The position numbers and the translations under genes were made by a program. Below the pieces are notes generated by a model. That model worked only from the letters and a program-made list of their open reading frames with translations. It had not been told where the DNA came from and searched no databases. A stretch of 64,000 nt of DNA from an uncultured Acidobacteriota bacterium (GTDB lineage: Bacteria; Acidobacteriota; Terriglobia; Acidiferrales; UBA7541), in assembly GCA_963732135.1 (NCBI GenBank), contig CAVSYC010000004.1, forward strand, positions 34,484 to 98,483. Reading direction: 5' to 3'. Shown here piece after piece: positions 1-10,207 of the stretch (its first letter is position 1; every line of letters starts with the position of its first letter).

Positions 1-344
1 CGTTGAGCCCGCTCGCTGTGAAAATTATCGGCGTCCAGCAAAGATAAGTTTGGCACGATTCCGAAATGCCGGGCGTGCTGGCTCATGGCGTGCAAAACTG
101 CATTAATGCGCAGCGCAAGGCGCGCGCACAGTTCACCGACCACGCCGATCTCCTCGCACGCTTTGCTCGCATCGCCACTTCGCCGCAAAGCAATGGCTTC
201 ATTCAGAGAGATGCTAAGCATGACGTAGGCGTTTTCGAGCTTGTCGGTGTGATCGGTAAAAAGCGAACCCTGCGCGCAAGGCAAAATGGCGCGCCAATCT
301 TGCTGAACAGACGTGTACCTCCGGGCAGGGGCGGCGGCCTTCAC
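1..344 (-). CDS. Hypothetical protein, partial (runs off window start)
   Basis: Manual translation of the minus strand: GTG at 344 after GGGAG gives MKAAAPARRYTSVQQDWRAILPCAQGSLFTDHTDKLENAYVMLSISLNEAIALRR..., open to position 1. Divergent from lysS; absent from the ORF track because it has no stop in the window. Confidence 0.6.
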   Translation of the reverse strand, partial: MKAAAPARRYTSVQQDWRAILPCAQGSLFTDHTDKLENAYVMLSISLNEAIALRRSGDASKACEEIGVVGELCARLALRINAVLHAMSQHARHFGIVPNLSLLDADNFHSERAQ

Positions 345-468
345 TGTTCTGTCTCCCAAGAGGCGAGAGTATATCAAAAAGCGGAGTGATTGGTACCGGT
401 TTGTTGCGGCAGGCTCGTCCGGGCCGTTATACTCGCCGTTTATCTTTCAAGGAACAGGGGCGCAAGCA

Positions 469-2052
469 TTGCAATTCGAGCCAAAAGATCAGTTCGACCA
501 GCGGCAGCGCAAACTGGACAAAATCATCGAGGCCGGGTTTACGGCGTACCCGCATGAATTTCGCTGGACCGCGACGCCCGCCGAGCTTGCTAAAAAGTAT
601 GCCGATGCCACTGCGCCGGAACTGGCAGCAAGCAAGATCGAGGCTAGCATTGCAGGGCGCCTGGTGTCATACCGCCTGATGGGCAAGGCCGGCTTTGCTC
701 ACGTGCAGGGAGGCGAAGGGCGGCTGCAAATCTACGTTCGAAAGGACGTGGTTGGCGAGCGGGGATTCGGGCTATTTCATCAGTTGGACCTCGGCGACTT
801 CATCGGTGCGCGCGGCCATCTTTTCCGGACGAAAACGGGAGAGCTGTCGCTCTGGGTTGACGAATTAACGTTGTTGTCGAAAGCGCTCTTGCCGTTGCCA
901 GAGAAATGGCACGGTTTGACCGACGTCGAGTTACGTTACCGGCAGCGCTATTTGGACTTGATTGCCAACGAAAGTTCCCGCCGGATATTTCTGACGCGCG
1001 CCAAAATTGTCCAAGAGCTGCGGCGGTTCTTCGATGCTCGCGGATATATAGAGGTTGAAACTCCAATGATGCATCCGATTCCGGGAGGAGCGGCGGCGCG
1101 GCCGTTCGTGACGCACCACAACACCCTGGACATTGATTTGTATTTGCGGATTGCGCCGGAGCTTTATCTGAAAAGGCTGGTGGTTGGCGGTCTGGATCGC
1201 GTGTATGAAATCAACCGCAATTTCCGCAACGAGGGAATTTCCACTCAGCACAATCCGGAATTCACCATGTTGGAATTTTATGAAGCCTACAGCAACTATC
1301 GGGATCTGATGACGATGAACGAAGAGTTGCTGGCGCAATTGGCGACGAAGATTACCGGTTCGACGAAAGTAAAATATGGAGAAGTGGAGCTGGACTTCGC
1401 GAACATAGAGCGGCTGACGATGCGTGGGGCGATCGTGAAGTATTGGCCGGAAGGCGCTGGCACCGCTCCAACCGTCGAAGACCTGGGTGTGCCAGGAGGC
1501 GCAAAAGCTTCGACCGAGCGCTACAACGTATGGGCCAAGACCGCTCGTGCACCCTATGCAGCGTCGAAAGGCGCTTTGAGCGACGGCGAATGGACCGGAT
1601 TGCTCTTCGAAGCCATGGCCGAGGATAAATTGATCCAGCCGACGATTTTGTACGATTTTCCCACCGACATTTCACCGCTTTCCAAGCAAAAACCGGATGA
1701 TCCATCGCTGACCGAACGTTTCGAGATTTACGTCGCGGGGATGGAAATTGCCAACGGCTTTTCCGAACTAAATGATCCGGCCGAACAGGAGCGCCGCTTC
1801 CTGGCGCAAATACAGCAAGGAGGCGATGAAGTACCAAAGCAATTGGATGTGGACTACGTTCGCGCACTTTGTCATGGACTGCCGCCGACGGCGGGCGAAG
1901 GAATTGGAATCGATCGTTTGACGATGCTGCTCACCGATTCGCACTCCATTCGCGACGTCATCTTGTTCCCGCAACTTCGTCCCGAAGCGCCAGCCTGCGT
2001 AGAGCCGGAGTCCCGCGAAGCCCCAGTGGAAACCGAAGGGCACGGCGCCTAG
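469..2052 (+). CDS. lysS: Lysine--tRNA ligase (class II)
   Basis: OB-fold anticodon domain (AGRLVSYRLMGKAGF), RYRQRYLDL, YLRIAPELYLKRL, FRNEG..HNPEFTMLEFY, motif 3 GIGIDRL. Likely TTG start at 469 after GGAACAGGGG; ORF is open from 313. Confidence 0.97.
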   Translation: MQFEPKDQFDQRQRKLDKIIEAGFTAYPHEFRWTATPAELAKKYADATAPELAASKIEASIAGRLVSYRLMGKAGFAHVQGGEGRLQIYVRKDVVGERGFGLFHQLDLGDFIGARGHLFRTKTGELSLWVDELTLLSKALLPLPEKWHGLTDVELRYRQRYLDLIANESSRRIFLTRAKIVQELRRFFDARGYIEVETPMMHPIPGGAAARPFVTHHNTLDIDLYLRIAPELYLKRLVVGGLDRVYEINRNFRNEGISTQHNPEFTMLEFYEAYSNYRDLMTMNEELLAQLATKITGSTKVKYGEVELDFANIERLTMRGAIVKYWPEGAGTAPTVEDLGVPGGAKASTERYNVWAKTARAPYAASKGALSDGEWTGLLFEAMAEDKLIQPTILYDFPTDISPLSKQKPDDPSLTERFEIYVAGMEIANGFSELNDPAEQERRFLAQIQQGGDEVPKQLDVDYVRALCHGLPPTAGEGIGIDRLTMLLTDSHSIRDVILFPQLRPEAPACVEPESREAPVETEGHGA

Positions 2053-2066
2053 CCCGTGTATTCCTG

Positions 2067-3293
2067 ATGCGATTCGAATGGTTTGTCGCCCGGCGGCATT
2101 TACGGTCGCCGAACCGTCCAGCTGTGCTGCGGCTGGTTACCGCGTTCAGCATACTCGGGGTTATGGCAGGCGTGGCGACTCTGGTGATTGCGCTGGCGAT
2201 GAACACTGGATTTCGCGAAACGCTTCAGGATCGCCTACTCGGGGTGACCGCCCACATTTCGCTAACGCGGCCAGGGTCTGGTGGTATCCAGGATTACGAA
2301 GCGCTGGCAACTAAACTTTCGCGAATTCCAGGTGTAACGAGTGTGACTCCGGCCGTGTATCAAACGGTGTTGATGACATTCGGAGGAGAATCGCGCGGCG
2401 TGGTCGCAAAGGGAATCGAACCAGCTCGCGAAGAGGCTGCGGACGAAGCGCTGCGCAAACTGTTTTCAGGAAAGCTGGACTTTCAGTCCGATGCCGATGG
2501 TATTGATGCGCTGCTGGTGGGCAAACAACTGGCCGATGATTGGAGGCTTGGGCCCGGCGATTACGTGACACTGACCAGTCCGCAAGGCCGCCTGACGCCG
2601 TTCGGCCTGCTGCCACGAACCCGCCGATTTCGAGTAGCGGGAATTTTCGATTCCGGTTTTTATGATTATGATGCGAATTGGTGCTTCCTGAAAATAGATG
2701 CAGCGCAGGCACTCGCCGGCGCTTCGAATGTTGTAAACGTACTGGAGTTTCGATTACGGAATCCGGAAGCTGCTCCGGGGATCGCGCGTGAAATTGAGCA
2801 ACAAGCCGGCATGGGATTCGCGACGTCTACCTGGATGGAGCAGCAGCGAGCGCTGTTCCGGGCTTTGCGGCTGGAAAAACTGGTCACCGCCATTTTTATA
2901 GGGTTGATTACTCTAGTGGCGGGCTTGAATATTCTTGTGGTCCTCTCCATGACGGTGACCGACCGCGCGAAAGACATCGCGGTGCTGCGTTCGATGGGTT
3001 CGCGGTCGCGCCAACTGCGCACTATTTTCCTGTTGCAAGGATTTACGATCGGCGCAACGGGGACAATCCTGGGGCTAATATTAGGGTATTCGTTCGCGAT
3101 CATTGCAGCAAAATACCAGCTTATCCCGCTCGACCCACAGGTATACGCCGTACCTTACGTGCCGTTCCATCCGAGCGCGATGGACGGAGTGTGGATTTCA
3201 GTAGTAGCGATGGGAATATCGCTTCTCGCGACGATGGTGCCCGCGCGGGCTGCCGCGAAGCTGTTACCTGTGGAAATCCTTCGTTTTGAGTGA
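2067..3293 (+). CDS. LolC/LolE-family (FtsX/MacB-type) lipoprotein-releasing ABC permease
   Basis: MRFEWFVARRHL start, SILGVMAGVATLVIALAMNTGF TM1, periplasmic domain, AIFIGLITLVAGLNI and DIAVLRSMG motifs; followed by a LolD-like ATPase. Confidence 0.88.
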   Translation: MRFEWFVARRHLRSPNRPAVLRLVTAFSILGVMAGVATLVIALAMNTGFRETLQDRLLGVTAHISLTRPGSGGIQDYEALATKLSRIPGVTSVTPAVYQTVLMTFGGESRGVVAKGIEPAREEAADEALRKLFSGKLDFQSDADGIDALLVGKQLADDWRLGPGDYVTLTSPQGRLTPFGLLPRTRRFRVAGIFDSGFYDYDANWCFLKIDAAQALAGASNVVNVLEFRLRNPEAAPGIAREIEQQAGMGFATSTWMEQQRALFRALRLEKLVTAIFIGLITLVAGLNILVVLSMTVTDRAKDIAVLRSMGSRSRQLRTIFLLQGFTIGATGTILGLILGYSFAIIAAKYQLIPLDPQVYAVPYVPFHPSAMDGVWISVVAMGISLLATMVPARAAAKLLPVEILRFE

Positions 3294-3634
3294 GTTAGTC
3301 CCGCACAACGCAGTGCAAGTTTGGCCCCCGGCTTGCACTTTACTCCAATTGGAAGTGGCCCGAAATGCGGTTCGGTCGCGCCTCGAAAAGACCACATTTC
3401 GGCACCGCAGAAGTGCTTGATATGTAAATGCTTGCGAGATTCCCGAAATGGCGTTTTGCTTCCGGCTCCTCTCGACGGACTGATTGCTTGAAAAACGGGA
3501 CCAAACGGAAACAAACGATTCAGCGGGTGTAATGTTCCGAGGACGCCACAGTTCTGGCTATTTCTTGCATCTAATTGAGTGACGATAAGTAAGCAAGGGC
3601 CAAAGGATAAAAAGCTGGGATTGTTCTCTCAACC

Positions 3635-4444
3635 ATGAATGCCAGCGCTCCGAACTCGACGGCAAACGACGGCCAGCAAACGCTGGTCGCTGACGATGCC
3701 GGGAAAATTGTGTTGGAAGCGCGCGGACTGGGAAAGATATACGGTTCGGGTGAGCGTCAGTTAAACGTTTTTCAACAGCTGCATCTGACTTTGCATCAAG
3801 GCGAGATGGTGGCGATCGTCGCGCCGTCGGGCGCCGGAAAAAGCACGCTACTGCATCTGCTGGCAACTCTGGACACGCCAACAAGCGGTGCTATATACTT
3901 CGAATCGAAACACATTGAAACAAATGATGAAGCGGCGCTTTCGAATTTTCGCAATTGCGTCGTGGGATTTTTGTGGCAAAGGCATCAGTTGCTGCCGGAT
4001 TTTACGGCGGAAGAAAACGTAGCGATGCCGCTGCTGCTGCGCGGGGAGTCTATTTCGAGAGGCCGGGAAAAGGCGCGAAATTGGCTCGCGGAAGTAGGTC
4101 TGGCGGAGCGCGCCGGGCACCTCGCGGGAGAGCTTTCTGGTGGGGAACAGCAGCGCGTGGCGATCGCCCGGGCCCTCGTCACCAGGCCGCGCGTGCTGCT
4201 GGCGGATGAACCTACCGGAGACTTGGACGAGCGGAATGCTTGGGCCGTTTTCGAGTTGCTGGAGCGATTGCATCGCGCGCACGGATTGACGTCGTTGATT
4301 GCGACGCACAATCTTGCCCTTGCGCAACGCTGCGATCGAATTCTGGGACTGGAACACGGCGTTCTGCAGACTCGCAAGGACTTTGCCGGATCTCAGCCGG
4401 GGCAGTCTTTAGCGGGCAGGGACCCACTGGGAGAAACGAGCTAA
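3635..4444 (+). CDS. lolD: LolD-like lipoprotein-releasing ABC ATP-binding protein
   Basis: Walker A APSGAGKST, signature [30 protein letters not shown]; downstream of the LolC/E permease. Confidence 0.85.
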   Translation: MNASAPNSTANDGQQTLVADDAGKIVLEARGLGKIYGSGERQLNVFQQLHLTLHQGEMVAIVAPSGAGKSTLLHLLATLDTPTSGAIYFESKHIETNDEAALSNFRNCVVGFLWQRHQLLPDFTAEENVAMPLLLRGESISRGREKARNWLAEVGLAERAGHLAGELSGGEQQRVAIARALVTRPRVLLADEPTGDLDERNAWAVFELLERLHRAHGLTSLIATHNLALAQRCDRILGLEHGVLQTRKDFAGSQPGQSLAGRDPLGETS

Positions 4445-4445
4445 A

Positions 4446-6872
4446 GTGTTTGAACGCTACACGGAAAAGGCGCGTCGCGTAATCTTTTTTGCGCGGTATG
4501 AAGCGAGCCAGTACGGAAGTCCATACATCGAGACTGAGCACCTCTTGCTCGGCCTGATGCGCGAAGACAAAGCCCTGGCCAATCGCTTTCTGCGGCAACA
4601 GGGCTCGATCGAATCCATCCGCAAGGAGATCGAAGCGCGCATCACCATCCGCGAACGCATCTCCACTTCGGTGGAAGTCCCGCTCAGCGCGGAATGCAAA
4701 CGCATCCTGAACATGGCAGCGGAAGAGGCCGAACGGCTCGGCGTGAAGCACGTTGCTACCGAACACCTGCTGCTAGGAATCCTGCGCGAGGAAAAATGCT
4801 TCGGCGCGGAAATTCTGATGGAGCGCGGGCTGCGTCTTTCCGCTTTGCGCGAAGAACTTGCGCGGACTTCCGGCGAAAAACCGGCGGCTGCGCGTCCCAA
4901 AGAAACTTCATTGCTCTCAGAATTCAGCCGCGATCTCACGCAGGCAGCCACGGAAGGCTCGCTGGACCCGCTGGTGGGCCGCGAAGGCGAAGTGGACCGG
5001 GTAATCCAGATACTGTGCCGCCGCACGAAAAACAATCCGGTGTTGATCGGCGAACCGGGCGTCGGGAAAACTGCAATCGTCGAAGGGCTTGCGCAACGAA
5101 TTTCTGACGGCGACGTGCCGCCATTCCTGGCAGACAAGCGAATTCTCTCGCTGGACCTCTCGTTGATCGTTGCCGGAACCAAATACCGCGGACAATTTGA
5201 AGAGCGGCTTAAGACCATCATGAAAGAATTGATGGAGAGTCAAAACTCCATCATCTTCATAGATGAGTTGCACACACTTGTCGGCGCTGGCTCGGCGGAA
5301 GGCTCGCTCGACGCGGCTAACATTTTAAAGCCGGCGCTATCGCGCGGCGAAATTCAGTGCATCGGCGCAACAACGCCCGGCGAATACCGCAAGTCGGTGG
5401 AAAAAGATCGTTCGCTCGAGCGCCGTTTCCAATCCGTGAAAGTTCCCGCTCCCAACGAAGAAGAAGCCATCCTGGTACTGAGCGGTGTGCGCGAGCGCTA
5501 TGAGAAGTTTCACGCCGTCAGCTACACCGAAGAAGCGATGCGCTACGCTGTTTACCTTTCCAACCGCTACATTCCCGACCGTTTTCTGCCCGACAAGGCC
5601 ATTGATCTGATGGACGAAGCCGGTGCGCGTGTGAAATTGCGCCAGGCAACGGTACCGGATGAAGTCAGCGAAGTGCAGAAGCGCGTGAAGTTCATCACCC
5701 ATCGCATGGAAAGCGCTATCGCCGCGCACGAATTCGAAAAGGCGCGTTTCTACTCCGAAGAAGAACGCAAGGAAAAGGAAACGCTGCGCGGTCTGCGCGA
5801 TCGCTACAAGCTGGACGATGCAACGACCGGCGTGGTCACTCGCGAGGACATCGAAGAAGTAGTTTCGCGCTGGACTGGTGTGGCCGTCACCTCCATTAAG
5901 GAAGACGAGCAGCAGAAATTGCTACGTATCGAGCCGGAACTGCACAAGCGCGTCATCAGCCAGGACAAGGCTATCACCGCACTCGCCCGCGCCATCCGCC
6001 GGAGCCGCGCTGGACTGAAATCGCCTGCGCGTCCGGTTGGCTCTTTCGTTTTCCTCGGTCCCACCGGAGTTGGCAAAACCGAAGTTGCCCGCCGCCTCGC
6101 TGAATTTCTTTTTGGCTCTGACAAATCGCTGGTGCGGTTTGATATGTCGGAATTCATGGAAAAACATTCCGTTTCCAAGCTAATCGGCGCGCCTCCGGGC
6201 TATGTCGGCTACGAAGAAGGGGGCCAGCTCACAGAACGCGTGCGCCGGACGCCATATTCGGTTATCCTCTTGGACGAAATCGAAAAGGCTCATCCAGACG
6301 TTTTCAACATCCTGCTTCAAGTCTTCGAAGACGGACAGTTATCGGATGGTTTGGGCAACACGGTGGATTTCCGGAATACGATCATTATCATGACGTCGAA
6401 TCTCGGCGCGCGGCATTTGCAAAAACGCACCGGGATCGGCTTCCAGAGCGGCACCGACGAAGCGGGTGCAAAGTCCATGGAAGACATGGTGATGAACGAA
6501 GTGAAGCGGGCGTTCAATCCGGAGTTTCTCAACCGGCTGGACGAAGTGATCATCTTCAATCCGCTCGGTGATGAGGATTTGCTCCGCATCATCGACTTGC
6601 TTGTGGGCCAGCTGAATGACACGCTGATTCATAGGCAGGTGCAGGTTGTACTATCGCCGGAAGCAAGTCAGTGGATTTTGGAGAAGACGTGCGGAGACCG
6701 CAGCTACGGTGCGCGGCCGCTGCGCAGGGCTCTTCAGAAATATGTGGAAGACCCGCTCTCCGAAGCGCTGATTCAGGGTGGAATTCAAAGGCCTGCGACG
6801 CTGCAGATTTATGTCGCAGGGGAAGCTCTTGCGTTCCGTCCGGTGGTTGAGGCAACCCCGGTCATTCACTAA
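4446..6872 (+). CDS. clpC: ATP-dependent Clp protease ATP-binding subunit ClpC
   Basis: [16 protein letters not shown] double Clp-N domain, GEPGVGKT and GPTGVGKT Walker A motifs, UVR-like coiled coil, [20 protein letters not shown] start. Confidence 0.95.
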   Translation: MFERYTEKARRVIFFARYEASQYGSPYIETEHLLLGLMREDKALANRFLRQQGSIESIRKEIEARITIRERISTSVEVPLSAECKRILNMAAEEAERLGVKHVATEHLLLGILREEKCFGAEILMERGLRLSALREELARTSGEKPAAARPKETSLLSEFSRDLTQAATEGSLDPLVGREGEVDRVIQILCRRTKNNPVLIGEPGVGKTAIVEGLAQRISDGDVPPFLADKRILSLDLSLIVAGTKYRGQFEERLKTIMKELMESQNSIIFIDELHTLVGAGSAEGSLDAANILKPALSRGEIQCIGATTPGEYRKSVEKDRSLERRFQSVKVPAPNEEEAILVLSGVRERYEKFHAVSYTEEAMRYAVYLSNRYIPDRFLPDKAIDLMDEAGARVKLRQATVPDEVSEVQKRVKFITHRMESAIAAHEFEKARFYSEEERKEKETLRGLRDRYKLDDATTGVVTREDIEEVVSRWTGVAVTSIKEDEQQKLLRIEPELHKRVISQDKAITALARAIRRSRAGLKSPARPVGSFVFLGPTGVGKTEVARRLAEFLFGSDKSLVRFDMSEFMEKHSVSKLIGAPPGYVGYEEGGQLTERVRRTPYSVILLDEIEKAHPDVFNILLQVFEDGQLSDGLGNTVDFRNTIIIMTSNLGARHLQKRTGIGFQSGTDEAGAKSMEDMVMNEVKRAFNPEFLNRLDEVIIFNPLGDEDLLRIIDLLVGQLNDTLIHRQVQVVLSPEASQWILEKTCGDRSYGARPLRRALQKYVEDPLSEALIQGGIQRPATLQIYVAGEALAFRPVVEATPVIH

Positions 6873-7037
6873 CGAATCTGACACCAACACGCGTGGCTGT
6901 TCTTCAGCTACGCACGGGCTGGCCCGCAGCGTGTATAACCGCGAACCGGTTTTTCACGCGTGACTATAAGCTTGGTCAATCGTGGACCGGCAGGAGAAAA
7001 ACAACTTGGGTTTGGGGGCGCGGCCTTGATCGTGTCA

Positions 7038-10000
7038 ATGGCCGCTTTTAGAAAAGTTTGTTCTCCGTTTGGGATTTTTCCAATCTTGGGTTTGGGTCTT
7101 GCCACGATGTTATTGTGTCTCGCGGACGCCCGGCCTCTCGCTGCGGAAGGTGATTCCCGTTCGGGAGCATCGCCGTCTTCAGATAGCCCGTCCCCCTCGC
7201 AAGCGTCGCACGGCGCCGTTTCGTTCCTGATCACCTCCTCATTGGATTTGCTGACAGGCGAAGTGGTTATACGGGAAAGTCGTCCGGGCCGCGCCGCGGA
7301 GCCGCAGGAAGCACAGCAGCAACAAAAACCCACGATCATCGAACGTATTGATTTCATTGGCAACCGCCGGGTGCGCAACGATACGCTGAAAGCGCGCATC
7401 TTTAGCCGTGAAAACGACGCATATAACGAAGAAACGTTGCGCCGCGATTTTCAGGCGCTCTGGAACACGCAATTTTTCGAGGACGTGAAGCTGCGTGTGG
7501 AAGATTCTCCCGACCGCGAAAATGCCAAGATCATTGTGTTTGAAGTGAAGGAACGTCCGATCATCCGGCGCATTCGCTACGACAACATTCATTCCGTTTC
7601 GGAGTCGGACATTCTGGATCGTTTCAAGGAACGCAAAGTCGGCCTCAGCGTGGAAAGCCAGTTCGATCCCACCAAGATCAAGAAAGCGGAAGTGGTCATC
7701 AAGGAACTGCTGGGCGAACACGGACGGCAGTTTGCCAAAGTCAGCCCGCAGTACGAACGCATTGCCTCCAGCAACGCGGTCATTCTTATTTTTAAGGTGG
7801 AAGAAGGTCCGAAGGTAAAGGTTGGCAAGATCAAATTCACTGGCAACCACGCCTTCAGCGATCGCAAGCTGATCCGCGCCATGAAGCACGACCGGCCGTA
7901 CCAGATTCCTCTGTACATAACAGAAATCAATGTGCTCTCAAAGACCTACGATCGGGACAAACTGAACGAAGACCTGGAAGTCGGCGTCCGCGGAATGTAT
8001 CAGGACAACGGTTACTTTCACGTGCTGGTCAAGGAACCCATCCTGGAGAATATCGACACGCAGAATAACAAGCTCGGCATGCCGGTGCCAGTTTTGGGAA
8101 AATCGTCCGGCAAGGCCGTAAACATTACCATTCCGATTGAAGAAGGTCCGCAATACCACATGGGCACGTTGAAGATTGTCAGCGCCGACCCGGATAAGGC
8201 TCTTTCGCTTAAGGTAGAAGCGCTGAAGGGCGCTTTTCCAGTAAAACAGGGAGACATCTTCAACGTCTCCAAACTACGTAAAGCGATGAAGGATTACACC
8301 AGCATCTATGGTGAATACGGGTTCATCGACTTCACGCCTGAGCCGGACTTCGATTTACACGACGACACCAAGGTCATCGATCTCACTCTGAAGTTCGATG
8401 AACAGAAACAATACTATGTCCGTCGCATCGACTTCAGTGGGAACACCACCACCCGCGACAAAGTGATTCGCCGCGAGCTGCTGATCGATGAAGGCCAGCT
8501 GTTCAACAAGCGAGCGTGGGAAATCAGCATTCTGCGGCTGAATCAGCTTAACTTTTTCGACAAGATCGAGGAAGACAAGGCCGTCGAAATCAAGCGCAAC
8601 ACCAAGGAAGGCACAGTCGACCTGAACCTCAAGGTTCACGAAAAAGGCAAACAGTCCATCGGCTTGAATGGCGGTGTCAGCGGGCTTGCTGGCGGCTTCA
8701 TCGGACTTACCTATCAGACCAACAATTTTCTGGGACTTGGCGAAACGCTTACCTTCTCCGCGCAATTCGGCAGTTTGCAGAGGAGCTTGCAGTTCGGCTT
8801 CACCGAGCCCTATTTATTCGACCGCCCGATTTCCACCGGCTTCACCGTTTTCTCCAGCCGCTATAGCTTCAACCAAGCCAAGCAGGAAGCGTTGCTGCTC
8901 GGCCAGTCCGTCAGCATCAATCCGCAATTTATTCAGAATTACAATCAGAACAGTACCGGCTTCACAGCGTTCGCCAGCTATCCCGTGAAGCGTTTTTCGT
9001 TTTTGCGTGTTGGGCTGACTTATGGTCTTACGCGAACGAACATCGAAGCATTCAACGATGCTTCGCAACTGCTCTTTCAATCCATTCAATTCCGCAGTTT
9101 TGCCGGACCCAGCGCCCTCAACGGCATCATTTCCAGTACCATCACGCCGACGGTCTCTTATAACAATATCGACAACCCGCAGGAGCCGACAAAAGGGAAG
9201 AGCCTTTTCTACTCGCTGGCGTTTACCGGCGGCCCCATCGGCGGCAACGTCAACACCATTACCAACGTACTGGAATTCAAGAAGTTCAAGCCGATGCAGA
9301 AGCGCCGGAATATTCTGGGATTGCATGCCCAGGTTGCCTATATCGCCGGTTATGGCGGCAGGGAAATACCGCCGTTCAATCGCTTTTACATGGGCGGCGA
9401 AAACGACATCCGCGGTTATGATATCCGTTCGATTTCGCCGGTTACCTTCATTCCGACCGCCAGCGCGCAAACCATTTTCTATAACGATCCCGCCTCGGGC
9501 GGCGCGCTACGCTCCTTCACAATTCCGGTTTTGACGTATACCGCAACTCTACCCGGTGGAGACCTGCAGGGTTTCGGCAACATTGAATACCGCATTCCAA
9601 TTGTCGGGCCGGTTCAAGCCGCGCTGTTCTTTGACGGTGGCACCAACGGCATATCCAACCGCAGCGGACTGAGACTCGATCCTTCCGCGCTGTCCTCGCA
9701 GAATGGCTGCACGGGATTGCCGCCGATTAGCCTGGTTTGCCAGTTTCCGGATGCCAAGATCAGCGCCCAGTTGCCGATCGAATCGGGAACCAACTTCCGC
9801 TTGCGCGGCTCCGCCGGCATTGAATTTGTAGTTAGATTGCCCATCGTGCAGGCTCCTTTCCGGATTTACTATGCGTATAACGTGCACCGCTTGCATCAGA
9901 CCATCGTGGCGCAGTCGCCATTTATCGAAAAAAGCGAAATAGATTTCTTGCGCGCCAATCTGGACCCCACGGTTTTCAAGTTCCAGGTCGAGCCGCAGAT

Positions 10001-10085
10001 TAACTTGATCCAGAACAATCCGGGCAGCCTGAACTATTTCGAACCGGCCACAACGTTCCGCTTCACCGTCAGCAGAACGTTCTGA
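7038..10085 (+). CDS. bamA: Outer membrane protein assembly factor BamA
   Basis: POTRA repeats (IERIDFIGNRRV, VRRIDFSGNTTTRDKVIRRE), barrel motifs NFLGLGE, FYMGGENDIRGY, C-terminal FRFTVSRTF. Start uncertain (ORF open from 6960). Confidence 0.95.
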   Translation: MAAFRKVCSPFGIFPILGLGLATMLLCLADARPLAAEGDSRSGASPSSDSPSPSQASHGAVSFLITSSLDLLTGEVVIRESRPGRAAEPQEAQQQQKPTIIERIDFIGNRRVRNDTLKARIFSRENDAYNEETLRRDFQALWNTQFFEDVKLRVEDSPDRENAKIIVFEVKERPIIRRIRYDNIHSVSESDILDRFKERKVGLSVESQFDPTKIKKAEVVIKELLGEHGRQFAKVSPQYERIASSNAVILIFKVEEGPKVKVGKIKFTGNHAFSDRKLIRAMKHDRPYQIPLYITEINVLSKTYDRDKLNEDLEVGVRGMYQDNGYFHVLVKEPILENIDTQNNKLGMPVPVLGKSSGKAVNITIPIEEGPQYHMGTLKIVSADPDKALSLKVEALKGAFPVKQGDIFNVSKLRKAMKDYTSIYGEYGFIDFTPEPDFDLHDDTKVIDLTLKFDEQKQYYVRRIDFSGNTTTRDKVIRRELLIDEGQLFNKRAWEISILRLNQLNFFDKIEEDKAVEIKRNTKEGTVDLNLKVHEKGKQSIGLNGGVSGLAGGFIGLTYQTNNFLGLGETLTFSAQFGSLQRSLQFGFTEPYLFDRPISTGFTVFSSRYSFNQAKQEALLLGQSVSINPQFIQNYNQNSTGFTAFASYPVKRFSFLRVGLTYGLTRTNIEAFNDASQLLFQSIQFRSFAGPSALNGIISSTITPTVSYNNIDNPQEPTKGKSLFYSLAFTGGPIGGNVNTITNVLEFKKFKPMQKRRNILGLHAQVAYIAGYGGREIPPFNRFYMGGENDIRGYDIRSISPVTFIPTASAQTIFYNDPASGGALRSFTIPVLTYTATLPGGDLQGFGNIEYRIPIVGPVQAALFFDGGTNGISNRSGLRLDPSALSSQNGCTGLPPISLVCQFPDAKISAQLPIESGTNFRLRGSAGIEFVVRLPIVQAPFRIYYAYNVHRLHQTIVAQSPFIEKSEIDFLRANLDPTVFKFQVEPQINLIQNNPGSLNYFEPATTFRFTVSRTF

Positions 10086-10207
10086 CGCCTATGTTTTGGC
10101 CAAGTTTTTGGGGATTCCGAAGTACCGGACAGTCTTCCGGATAAATGTCGGTAAAACCGTGTGAACCGCTACGGCGGCTGGCGCGGAATTTGGGGGTTCT
10201 CGTGGTG

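Noticed and set aside
1869-2066. N-terminal ORF-track extensions (e.g. 313-468, 1869-2066, 30340-30519, 61851-61979)
   Set aside because: They overlap neighbouring genes or repeats and precede the recognisable family N-termini, so downstream starts were chosen.
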